A DNA stretch of 64,000 bases from Polyangia bacterium (GTDB taxonomy: Bacteria > Myxococcota_A > Polyangia > Fen-1088), in the NCBI GenBank assembly GCA_035548155.1, contig DASZUD010000022.1:23399-87398 (forward strand), written 5' to 3'. How positions within the stretch are numbered: the stretch's first letter is position 1; each line of letters starts with the position of its first letter. A model generated the notes under the pieces. The model did not search any database and was not told the origin of the DNA. It saw only the letters and a list, made by a program, of their open reading frames with translations. A program made the position numbers and the translations under genes. This document shows, piece after piece, positions 22,417 to 31,335 of this stretch.

Positions 22417-23220
22417 ATGAACGCTTCGATCTTCCATCCCCTCGAGATCCCGCTGCGCGCGGTGGGGCGCGTCGGGCGCGTCGCCCTTCGCTTCGTGGCG
22501 GAGTCGGGACGCATGGCGCGGTTCCTGGGCGCGACCGTGACCCGCCTCTTTCGCCCGCCGCTCCGCCCGCTCGAGATCGTCAGCCAGCTCGAGTTCGTCG
22601 GCGCGCGGTCCGTGGGCGTGATCGTCTTGTCGGCGATCTTCACGGGCCTCGTGCTCGCGCTGCAGGGCTACAACGTGCTGGTCCGCTTCGGCAGCGAGAA
22701 CCTCGTGGGCTCGCTGGTCACGCTCAGCCTCACGCGGGAGCTCGCGCCCGTGCTGGCGGCGCTGATGGTGACGGCACGCGCCGGCTCGGCGATCACCGCG
22801 ACGATCGGCAACATGGCCGTCACGGAGCAGCTCGACGCGCTGAAGTCCGTGGCCGTCGATCCGCAACACTACCTGGCGGGGCCGCGCCTCGTGGCGTCGG
22901 TGATCGCCCTACCCCTGCTCACGGCGCTGTTCTCGGTGGCCGGCATCGCGGCCGCCTACGTGTTCTGCGTCACCGTCCTCGGGCTCGACGGGCAGGCCTT
23001 CATGTCGAACGTGCGCTCCTCCACGCGCTGGAGTGACGTCTCGATCGGCTTGTGGAAGGGGTTGATCTTCGGCGCGCTGATCGCATGGATCGCTACGTTT
23101 CGAGGCTTTCACACCTCGGGCGGCGCGCGCGGCGTCGGCCTCGCGACGAGCCGCACCGTCGTCGAGACCGCAGTCCTGGTCCTGTGCGGTGACTACGTCG
23201 TCACGGCGCTGCTGTCATGA
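22417..23220 (+). CDS. mlaE: MlaE-like ABC transporter permease
   Basis: 267-aa MlaE/Ttg2B family protein (LEFVGARSVGVIVLSAIFTGLVLALQ). Confidence 0.8.
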   Translation: MNASIFHPLEIPLRAVGRVGRVALRFVAESGRMARFLGATVTRLFRPPLRPLEIVSQLEFVGARSVGVIVLSAIFTGLVLALQGYNVLVRFGSENLVGSLVTLSLTRELAPVLAALMVTARAGSAITATIGNMAVTEQLDALKSVAVDPQHYLAGPRLVASVIALPLLTALFSVAGIAAAYVFCVTVLGLDGQAFMSNVRSSTRWSDVSIGLWKGLIFGALIAWIATFRGFHTSGGARGVGLATSRTVVETAVLVLCGDYVVTALLS

Positions 23221-23765
23221 TTGAACAAAGGACGCCCCTCTTCGATTACACCCGCGCCGAGATCGTGGCGGGCATCTTCGTGCTCGTGGGGCTCGGCGCC
23301 CTCGCCTATCTGTCCATCTCGATCGGCGGGCTCCACGTGTTGCCGCGCCAGGCGTATAGCGTCCGCGCGCGCTTCTCGAACATCGGCGATCTCAAGCCAC
23401 ACGCGTCGGTGAAGATCGCGGGCGTCACGGTGGGCCGCGTCGAGGCGATCCGCCTGGCCGAATTCGTGGGCGAGGCCGAGCTGAGCATCGACAAGGCCGT
23501 CCGGCTGCCGAAGGACACCATCGCCTCGATCACGACGGCGGGGCTGCTCGGCGACGCCTACGTGTCGCTGACGCCCGGCGGTGACGACGTCGACCTCAAG
23601 GAGGGCGATCGCATCGCCCAGACGGAGCCGGCCATGAACATGGCCGACCTCGTCGGACACGCGGCGTTCGGAAACGCCTCCGCGCCCGCCAGGCAAGACC
23701 AACCAAGCAAGGCTGCCAAGCCAGACCCGTCCAACAGGTCCCCCTCGAAAGGAGAACCGAAATGA
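23217..23765 (+). CDS. mlaD: MlaD-like MCE-domain protein
   Basis: N-terminal transmembrane segment, then an MCE domain (SVKIAGVTVGRVEAIRL). Its start overlaps the mlaE stop. Confidence 0.8.
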   Translation: MIEQRTPLFDYTRAEIVAGIFVLVGLGALAYLSISIGGLHVLPRQAYSVRARFSNIGDLKPHASVKIAGVTVGRVEAIRLAEFVGEAELSIDKAVRLPKDTIASITTAGLLGDAYVSLTPGGDDVDLKEGDRIAQTEPAMNMADLVGHAAFGNASAPARQDQPSKAAKPDPSNRSPSKGEPK

Positions 23766-25162
23766 CCCGCGTCGTCGCGCCCTTGGTGCTCGTCGCCTTC
23801 CTGCTGGGGCCCGCCTCCAGCGCGCGAGCGCGCACGCTCGATCGGCGCAGCGCCGTGGCCGCGGCGCTCGCCCAGAACCCGCAGGTCGCGGCCGCGCGCG
23901 CCGAAGAGGCCGCGCTGGAAGCGCAGCGCGCGCAGGTGCGCGCCGCGAAGTGGCCCACCCTCTCGTTCACGGCGGGCGTCGGCCCGTCGGACATCGCGAC
24001 GTTGGTGCCGGGCACCGACGTGTCGAAGCAACAGCAGTACACCGTGCCCTGGTCGGATCTGTCGGCCGTGTTCATCGGCGAGCTCTCGCTGCTGCAGCCC
24101 ATTTACACCTTCGGCAAGATCGCGCTGCGCGGCGAGGCGGCGCTCGCGGGCCTCCACGCCAAGCAGGCCGAGACGCGCATGAAGCGCGCCGACGTCGCCT
24201 TCGCCGTCGCGCAGATCTACGAAGGCCTGCTGTACGCGCGCGACGCGGAGCGCTTCTTCGCCGAGATGGACCGCTGGCTGGCCTCGATCCTCGACGAGAC
24301 GCAGGAGAAGGTGAAGAACGGCGTCGCCAACACGCACGAGCGCGACGTGCTGCGCGTGCAGGCCGCGCAGGGGCTGACGGCCATGGCGCTGCACCAGGCG
24401 CGCGCGGGCCAGGCGCAGGCGCGCGCCGGGCTCATCGCGTACCTCGGGCTCCCGGCCGGCGAGACCATCGAGGTGGCCGAGGACGACCTGCTGCCCGTCG
24501 GTCACCTCCCCAGCGACGTCGCCGAGCTCTCGCGCGTCGCGCTCGACAACCGCCCCGAGCTGACGGCGCTGCGCGAGGGGAACAAGGCGCTCGCGGCGCT
24601 GGGTCGGGCCGAGCACGCCGGCTACCTCCCGGACTTCTTCGCGCTGGGCTTTCTGTCGGTCGCCTACACGCCGGGCCGCGACTGGGTCGAGAACCGGTTC
24701 ATCGTCGATCCGCTTCAGCACTTCGCGCCGGGGTTGCTGCTCGGCCTCCGGTGGCAGCTCCAGGCCAACATGGCCGGCGCGCGCGCCGCCGAGCAGCAGG
24801 CGCACGCGAGCTCGCTGGCCCACCTGCGCGACTGGGCGGACGACGGCATCCCCGCCGAGGTGCGCAAGGCGTGGGAGGACGTGCACCGGTGCGACCAGGA
24901 CCTCGAAAAAGGTGCGATCGCCGTGAAGAAAGCCAAGCAGTGGATGGTGGAAGCGTCCGCCGACTTCGACGTGGGTCTCGTCGAGCTGCGCGAGGTGAAC
25001 GACGCCGTAGAATCCTATGTCACCCTACGGACGTCCCTTCTCAAGGCGCTTTACGATCGCAACGTGGCGATGGCGGACCTGACGCGAGCGACGGGTACGC
25101 TCGACGGTGACGCGAAGCTGCTCTACCTCGAGCCCCCTGCCGTCACGGTGGTGAAGCCGTGA
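23762..25162 (+). CDS. TolC-family outer-membrane efflux protein
   Basis: Signal peptide followed by two tandem TolC-like repeats. It is inserted between mlaD and mlaC, with its start overlapping the mlaD stop. Confidence 0.7.
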   Translation: MTRVVAPLVLVAFLLGPASSARARTLDRRSAVAAALAQNPQVAAARAEEAALEAQRAQVRAAKWPTLSFTAGVGPSDIATLVPGTDVSKQQQYTVPWSDLSAVFIGELSLLQPIYTFGKIALRGEAALAGLHAKQAETRMKRADVAFAVAQIYEGLLYARDAERFFAEMDRWLASILDETQEKVKNGVANTHERDVLRVQAAQGLTAMALHQARAGQAQARAGLIAYLGLPAGETIEVAEDDLLPVGHLPSDVAELSRVALDNRPELTALREGNKALAALGRAEHAGYLPDFFALGFLSVAYTPGRDWVENRFIVDPLQHFAPGLLLGLRWQLQANMAGARAAEQQAHASSLAHLRDWADDGIPAEVRKAWEDVHRCDQDLEKGAIAVKKAKQWMVEASADFDVGLVELREVNDAVESYVTLRTSLLKALYDRNVAMADLTRATGTLDGDAKLLYLEPPAVTVVKP

Positions 25163-25779
25163 GGGGCCGGCGCCTCCCGTGGCTGCTCGCGATCGGCCTC
25201 TTGCTGGGCGCGGGCGGCGCGTCGGCCGGGGCCGCCGAGGGCAAGCCCGAGCCCATCATCCGCCGCACCGTCGACGAGGCGTTCACGATCCTGAGGAACA
25301 AGCAGCTCGCGGGCACAGCGCACCGCGGTGAGCGCCTGACCGAGCTGCGCGCCGTGGCCGACCGCACCTTCGATTGGGCGGAGATGGCGCGGGCCAGCCT
25401 GGGTGCCCCTTGGCGCACGATGGATCCCGCCAAGCGGAAGAAGTTCGTCGACGTCTTCAAGGACGTCCTCGCGGCGCGCTACATGGACGACATCAACCGG
25501 TTCGAGGGCACGGAGACGGTGTCCGTCGACGGGTCGGCGCGCGACGGCGACGACTGGATCGTCCGCACGACGCTGGTCACGGGCAGTCGCGAGCGCGTGC
25601 CCATCGACTACCGCATGAGGGGCGCCGGTGATCGCTGGAGCATCGTCGACATCAGCATCGAGGGGGTGAGCCTCGTGAACCACTACCGGAAGACGTTCTC
25701 GGCGGCCCTGGTGAACATGACGGTCGAGCAGCTCATCGACAAGCTGAACAAGCAATTGCCCGCGGCGAGCCGAAAATGA
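25159..25779 (+). CDS. mlaC: MlaC-like (Ttg2D) periplasmic lipid-binding protein
   Basis: Signal peptide and a typical 206-aa Ttg2D-family sequence. Confidence 0.7.
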   Translation: MRGRRLPWLLAIGLLLGAGGASAGAAEGKPEPIIRRTVDEAFTILRNKQLAGTAHRGERLTELRAVADRTFDWAEMARASLGAPWRTMDPAKRKKFVDVFKDVLAARYMDDINRFEGTETVSVDGSARDGDDWIVRTTLVTGSRERVPIDYRMRGAGDRWSIVDISIEGVSLVNHYRKTFSAALVNMTVEQLIDKLNKQLPAASRK

Positions 25780-27473
25780 CGCGCGCCTGGGTCCTCGTCG
25801 CCGTGGTCGCGCTCGGAGTCGCTGGCGTCGCGGTGGCGGGCCCGGCGGCGCTCCGCCGCTTCGCGGATCGTCCGGTCGCGTGGAGCGAGCACGACGACGA
25901 GAACGTGCCCGCGCCGCCGAAGAAGAATCACCTGCAGGGTCTCGAGCTCACGATCACGCTGCGCGACAGTCTCCAGAACGAGGCCGACCGCATCCTTTCC
26001 GTCGAGGGCCGCGTGCCTGCGCGCGACGTCAACGCGGTCGACGAGGTGCCGTGCTCGACGTGGTTCTGCCCGCGCAACCACCTGCACCCCATGTCCGTCG
26101 ACGAGGTGGCCGCCGGGCCCAATTCGTCGGCCCCCGTGCTGCCGCTGCGCGTGACGAAGACCAAGGACGAAGGCGCGGCCGTGGGCTTCGAGGTGACCGA
26201 CGCCGCGGGGCACAAGTTCCTCGTCAAGTTCGATCCCAGTGATCGCCTGGGCCTGGTCACGGCCGCCGAGGCCGTGGGCAACCGCCTCTTCTACGCGGCC
26301 GGCTACAACGTCCCCGGCGCCTACGTCGTCGATCTCTCCCCGGAAGACTTCACGATCGACCCCCAGGCGACGTACGTGCTCTTCCGCGTGCAGCACCGGA
26401 AGCTCGACGGCGCGCGCTTGCGCGAACGGCTGTCGCTGGCCGCGCGCGCGCCCGACGGCCGCCTGCGCGCCGTGGCGGTGCCGTGGATCGGCGGCGACAT
26501 CCTCGGCTCGCAGGACATGCTCGGGACGCGCGAGGGTGATCCGAACGATCGGATACCGCACGAGAACCGCCGGTCGATGCGGGCGAGCTGGGTGCTGTAC
26601 GCGTGGCTGGGCGTGCTGGACCCCGGCCCCATCAACACGATCGACACCTACGTCGCGTCGGGGGAGCGCCACTTCGTGCGGCACTACCTCATCGACTTCA
26701 GCTGCGCGTTCGGCTCGGCGACGAACTACGCGCAGGGGCCGCAGCAGGACGGCGAGTACCTCATCGAGGTGGGGCGGACGCTCCGCGCGCTGTTCTCGCT
26801 CGGCTTCTACCAGCGCGATTTCCAGGCGAAGGACGAGCGCGAGGAGTACCGCACGCTCGACGCGGAGTACCCGGCCGTCGGCTACTTCCCCGCCGACTTC
26901 GATCCCGACAACTACCGGACCAACCGCAAGGTGCCCCCGCACATGCGGATGACGGCGGACGACGCCTACTGGGGGGCGAAGGTCGTGACGTCCTTCTCGA
27001 ACGAGCAGATCCAGGGCGCGGTGGGCACCTCGCGGCTGGACACGCGCACGGCCGCCTACGTCGCGCGCGCGCTCGAGTCGCGCCGGGACATCATCGGGCG
27101 CCGCTACCTGCGCGCCCTGGCCGCGGTCGAGAACCCCGCCGTGTCGACCGACGCGCGGCACCTCTGCTTCGACGATCTGGCGATCGCGCGCGGCTTCGCG
27201 CGCCCCGACGAGGTCCGGTATCTCGTCGACGTCCAGAACGGCGTGGGCGTCACGCTCAGCTCGTACGAGCAGCCGCCCACGGGCGCGCGCACGTGCATTC
27301 CGTTCGACGACGCGCCGGTCGCCGACGGGTACCGCGTGATCAGCGTGCGCGAGCGTCTGGAGGGCGGCGCCGGGCACGCGGACACGGCCGTCGGCAAGGC
27401 GTCCCGCGTCCACCTCATGTGGCGCCCCGCGGAGGGCCGCTACGCCGTCGTCGGCCTGGAGCGCGACCAATGA
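25776..27473 (+). CDS. Secreted hypothetical protein with weak kinase-like motifs
   Basis: Signal peptide. Motifs GHKFLVKF, IPHENRRS and HYLIDFSCAFG are reminiscent of lipid or atypical protein kinases. Its start overlaps the mlaC stop. Confidence 0.45.
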   Translation: MTRAWVLVAVVALGVAGVAVAGPAALRRFADRPVAWSEHDDENVPAPPKKNHLQGLELTITLRDSLQNEADRILSVEGRVPARDVNAVDEVPCSTWFCPRNHLHPMSVDEVAAGPNSSAPVLPLRVTKTKDEGAAVGFEVTDAAGHKFLVKFDPSDRLGLVTAAEAVGNRLFYAAGYNVPGAYVVDLSPEDFTIDPQATYVLFRVQHRKLDGARLRERLSLAARAPDGRLRAVAVPWIGGDILGSQDMLGTREGDPNDRIPHENRRSMRASWVLYAWLGVLDPGPINTIDTYVASGERHFVRHYLIDFSCAFGSATNYAQGPQQDGEYLIEVGRTLRALFSLGFYQRDFQAKDEREEYRTLDAEYPAVGYFPADFDPDNYRTNRKVPPHMRMTADDAYWGAKVVTSFSNEQIQGAVGTSRLDTRTAAYVARALESRRDIIGRRYLRALAAVENPAVSTDARHLCFDDLAIARGFARPDEVRYLVDVQNGVGVTLSSYEQPPTGARTCIPFDDAPVADGYRVISVRERLEGGAGHADTAVGKASRVHLMWRPAEGRYAVVGLERDQ

Positions 27474-29098
27474 GCGCGCGCCTGATGTTCCCCGCCGCGC
27501 TCGCGCTCGCAGCCTTCGCCGCCGGCGCGCCGTCGTCGACCGCGAAGGAGCGCGCCGCCTCGCAGGGCTCCGTCGCGCAGGTCAGGACCCCCGCCACGCT
27601 GACGCAGCCCGCGCCGCGGGCGCCCAGCCCGCCGCCCGCCGGCGAGACGCAGTCCCCGGCCGAGGCGGCGCCCTCGGACGTGCCCACGCCGTCCGACGTC
27701 AACGTGCCCGCGGACGTGGACACGACGCCGGCCGCGCCCACGCCGATCGCGACGCCCCCTGCGGAGGAGTCGCCCACCGCCGCGCCCACGCCTCCCGACT
27801 GTGGCGTCCCGCCCGTGGACCGCGCGCCCGATCCGCGCTGCGGTGAGACCCTGGACGGGCGCGAGGTGGCGCCCGCACAGAACGGCGCCGCGCGTGGCGC
27901 GCTGGCCGTGCCGCGCGTCGCGACGCACGCGATCCTGTGGCCGTTCGTCGAGACGACCGACGTCATGGAGAACCACCACCTCCTCGACTGGATGGAGGCG
28001 CTCTTCACGACGGACGACGGGCTCGTGGGCGTGCGCCCGGTGATCAACTACTCGACGGGCTTCCGGCCGTCGGCTGGCTTGCGCGCGTTCTACCGCCGCC
28101 TGCCGGGAAACACCGAGCTGGCCGCCCACTACGAGACCGCGGGGCCGGGGCTCAACATCGCCCGCCTGCACTTCCGATCGCTCGCGAAGATGGGGATCTT
28201 CATCGACGCCGAGTGGGTCGACCGCAACGATCTGCTGTTCGCGGGCATCGGCCCGAACTCGACGTCGGACCTCATGGACATGGGCCGCGGGCTCGCGCGC
28301 TACAGCGTGAACGCGCTGGACGCCCAGGCGCTGTGGACGCGCAAGCTGCCGGCCTACTTCGTCGTGCGCCTGCACGGCGACGTCTTGCGGCGTACCTACG
28401 GCGACTCCTCCGTGCGCGGGGGCCCGCCCGTCTCCGACTTCTACGGCCTGCCGCCCGACGCCTGCGCCTCGATCGGCGAGCAGCCCGGCTGCGTGAACCC
28501 GATGCAGATGCCCGAGTTCAACAGCGGCGAACGGCTGGTCCACGGGGGCGGCGGGTTCGCCTGGGACTTCCGCCGGCCAGGACGCGAGGGCCCGGGCGCG
28601 AGCCTCCTCCTCGACGCCAACTACGCGCACGGCATCGCCGGAGATCCCAGCGAGCACATCACGTACAGCGCCGACGGCGTCGTGGCCGTGGGCGGCATCA
28701 ACCGCACGTTCCTCGTGCGCGGCCACGCCGCCATGGTCGACAAGCTGGGCAGCGCGCCCATTCCGTTCGAGGAGCTGGTCATGCCGTCGGGCACGGCGGG
28801 CATGCGCGGCTTCCTCGAGGGCCGCTTCCGGGACGCGAGCGGCCTCGTCGCCACGGCCGAGTACCGCTGGTACATCTCGTCGTACCTCGACGCGTCGCTG
28901 TTCACCGACTGGGGCACCGTCGCCGGCCGCAACTTCCAAGGCCTCGGCTCGAGCCAATGGTTCCCGACCTACGGGCTCGGACTCCGCTGGTTCAAGACGC
29001 AGGGCCCGTACTGGGAGGCGGCGCCGCGCGGCGGGTTCCAGCTGGCCTACGGCCAGGGTTACGGCCTGCGCTTCCTGCTGACCATGGCCAGCTTCTAG
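27470..29098 (+). CDS. Outer-membrane beta-barrel protein (hypothetical)
   Basis: Signal peptide, a Pro/Thr-rich linker, and a C-terminal beta-signal ending ...LLTMASF. Its start ATGA-overlaps the previous gene. Confidence 0.5.
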   Translation: MSARLMFPAALALAAFAAGAPSSTAKERAASQGSVAQVRTPATLTQPAPRAPSPPPAGETQSPAEAAPSDVPTPSDVNVPADVDTTPAAPTPIATPPAEESPTAAPTPPDCGVPPVDRAPDPRCGETLDGREVAPAQNGAARGALAVPRVATHAILWPFVETTDVMENHHLLDWMEALFTTDDGLVGVRPVINYSTGFRPSAGLRAFYRRLPGNTELAAHYETAGPGLNIARLHFRSLAKMGIFIDAEWVDRNDLLFAGIGPNSTSDLMDMGRGLARYSVNALDAQALWTRKLPAYFVVRLHGDVLRRTYGDSSVRGGPPVSDFYGLPPDACASIGEQPGCVNPMQMPEFNSGERLVHGGGGFAWDFRRPGREGPGASLLLDANYAHGIAGDPSEHITYSADGVVAVGGINRTFLVRGHAAMVDKLGSAPIPFEELVMPSGTAGMRGFLEGRFRDASGLVATAEYRWYISSYLDASLFTDWGTVAGRNFQGLGSSQWFPTYGLGLRWFKTQGPYWEAAPRGGFQLAYGQGYGLRFLLTMASF

Positions 29099-29218
29099 AG
29101 CCGGCGCCGCATGGACCACGCGCTGAGGCAGAGCACGAGCGCGGCGAGCGCCGCCGACAAGACCGCGGCGCCGAACGCGTAGCGCATCATCTCCGACCTC
29201 GTCCGGCGGTGGGCCGCT

Positions 29219-29833
29219 TCACGCCCGAGTGGAACGCAAGCGGCGTTCCACCCGCGCGCGTGACGTCCGGGCGCCCTCGACGACGTCGTACGGCAGCTCC
29301 CGTCCCTCGCGCGCGGCGCGCAGCAGGAGCGCGCCTCGGCTCATGTCGCCGCGCCCCACGAAGTCCGGCGGGAACAGCAGGTGATCGCCGAGCACGCGCG
29401 CGAGCGGACGCACGTACTTCTCCGTGGCGACGCTGCCCAGCAGCACGAAGCGCGTCGTCGCGCCGAACGCGCGCTCGAGCATCTCCGCGTCGCGCGTGAG
29501 CGGCCCCGTGAAGTCGCCGTTGCGCGCCCCGATCGGCACGCGCGCCCACGCCTCGAGGCGGGCGGCCGTGACGGGCTCGTCCAGCGCCAGCAGCCCCTCG
29601 GCGGGCGTGATGACCAGACCGGCGGCGCCGCCGGCGGGCGGTCGCGCGAACGCGCGCGCGTACGCGGCCTTGCCGCGGAAGTACAGGCTGCTCACGAAGC
29701 TGAAGGCCTCGGCGAGCGGCGCGCCGGCGCTCCCCTCGGCGCGCAGCGCCTGCGCGAGCGGCAAGTCGGAGCCCCGCCGCAGCAGCCACGCCGCCCGCGC
29801 GCCTCCGAGGTTCGCGGGCGAGAGCAAGAACAC
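29219..29833 (-). CDS. Hypothetical protein
   Basis: 204-aa ORF with GC3-rich coding character. I recognised no family. Confidence 0.35.
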   Translation of the reverse strand: MFLLSPANLGGARAAWLLRRGSDLPLAQALRAEGSAGAPLAEAFSFVSSLYFRGKAAYARAFARPPAGGAAGLVITPAEGLLALDEPVTAARLEAWARVPIGARNGDFTGPLTRDAEMLERAFGATTRFVLLGSVATEKYVRPLARVLGDHLLFPPDFVGRGDMSRGALLLRAAREGRELPYDVVEGARTSRARVERRLRSTRA

Positions 29834-29893
29834 CGTGTGAGACGCGTCGCTGGAGATCCCCGAACGATAGCAGCTACGGGGCGTGAGCTCGGC

Positions 29894-30493
29894 TCACAGC
29901 GGGCGCACGACGCAGCGGCCGTCCTCCAGCGTGACCTGCGCGGGCTTGCCGAAGCGCTCGGGCGCGATGTCTTCGGCGGCGACGTAGGCCGCGTCGATGC
30001 CGACCAGCTCGGCCTCGAGGCGCTGGCAGAAGATGCGCGCCTCGCGCGCGCCGCGCACGCCCGCGACGGCGCGGCCGCGCAGCGGGGCGTAGACGTGGAT
30101 GTTCCCGTCCGCGAGGAGCTGCGCGCCCGGGTTCACGGGGGCGAGGACGATGAGGTCGTTCTGCTCGGCGTAAACGATCTGTCCCGCGCGCACGGGCTGG
30201 CGCACGACGAGCGGCAAGACGTGATCGGGCGACGGGCGCGACGCGGGCGCCGCCACCGCCCTGGCCGGCGCCTTGGTGATGAGGCCGGGCGCCGCGGCCG
30301 CCGCCGCGCTCACGCCCTGCCCTTCCAGCTCGCGGAGCCGCGCCGACCAGCGCGCGTGCCGTTCGTCGTCGCCGCCGCGCGCGCAGAGCTGCCGGTAGAT
30401 GGCGAGGGCGTCGGCGATCCGCCCCTGCCGCGCCGAGAGCTCGGCCATGGTCTCCGTGCCGAAGAGCTCTCGGGATTCGCTGTCGCCGTGCAT
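29894..30493 (-). CDS. MinC C-terminal-domain protein (orphan)
   Basis: The C-terminal beta-helix [42 protein letters not shown] matches MinC_C. The N-terminus is a short helical segment, not the MinC FtsZ-binding domain. Confidence 0.55.
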   Translation of the reverse strand: MHGDSESRELFGTETMAELSARQGRIADALAIYRQLCARGGDDERHARWSARLRELEGQGVSAAAAAAPGLITKAPARAVAAPASRPSPDHVLPLVVRQPVRAGQIVYAEQNDLIVLAPVNPGAQLLADGNIHVYAPLRGRAVAGVRGAREARIFCQRLEAELVGIDAAYVAAEDIAPERFGKPAQVTLEDGRCVVRPL

Positions 30494-30690
30494 CGCGCGA
30501 TCTTCGGCACCGGGGCGGCGCGGTCAAGCTCGTTTCACGACGGTAGGGCCCGGCACCAAAGGCAGGCCCGCGACGTTGGCGGGTGGTCTCGGCTCACTAG
30601 ATTGGCCAGGAGCGGCTGCGATGCGTGTGTCACGAAGCGGGGACCAACGTCACCGATGGGCAACACGAGGCGCAGCAGGAGGGTGAGATC

Positions 30691-31290
30691 ATGGGAACGA
30701 CGGTGAACGGAGGCGCGTGGAGAAGCGTCGTGGCCCTCTGCGGCCTCGCGATGGCCGTGGGGTGCGCTTCGACGGAGATGACGAACACCTGGTTCGATCC
30801 GGCGGCGATGGGCCAGCCACTGCACAAGGTGGCGGTCATCGCTCTCACGAAGGACCCGGGCATGCGGCGCATGGCCGAGACCGAGGCGTCGAAGCAGGTC
30901 AAGGGCACGCAGGTCATCCCGAGCTACCTCGTGCTTTCCGACGAGGACCTGCGCAGCCGCGACGTCGTCAAGGCGAAGCTCCAGGATCAGGGCTTCGACG
31001 GCGCGCTGGTGATGCGGCTCGCGGCGGTCACCGAGCAGGTCACGAACACGGGCTACTACGGCACCTTCGACAGCTACTACGACTGGGCGAGCAACACGGT
31101 GTACGCCCCCGGCTACCTGTCGACCGACGTGGTCGTCGACGTCGTGAGCAGCCTCTACTCGCTGCCGCAGGACAAGCTCATCTGGTCGGGCACGAGCCGC
31201 ACCTTCGATCCCGCCTCGGCGAAAGAGGTCGTGGGTGACGTCTCGAAGCAGGTGGCGAAGGAGATCAAGAAGGACCGCCTCGTCCTCTGA
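30691..31290 (+). CDS. Lipoprotein (DUF4136-like)
   Basis: An AGGAGGG ribosome-binding site precedes it. Lipobox LAMAVGCAST. Confidence 0.55.
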   Translation: MGTTVNGGAWRSVVALCGLAMAVGCASTEMTNTWFDPAAMGQPLHKVAVIALTKDPGMRRMAETEASKQVKGTQVIPSYLVLSDEDLRSRDVVKAKLQDQGFDGALVMRLAAVTEQVTNTGYYGTFDSYYDWASNTVYAPGYLSTDVVVDVVSSLYSLPQDKLIWSGTSRTFDPASAKEVVGDVSKQVAKEIKKDRLVL

Positions 31291-31335
31291 CGGGCCCCGC
31301 CGGGAGTCACGCCGAGCGGCGTGGCTCCCGCGCGC

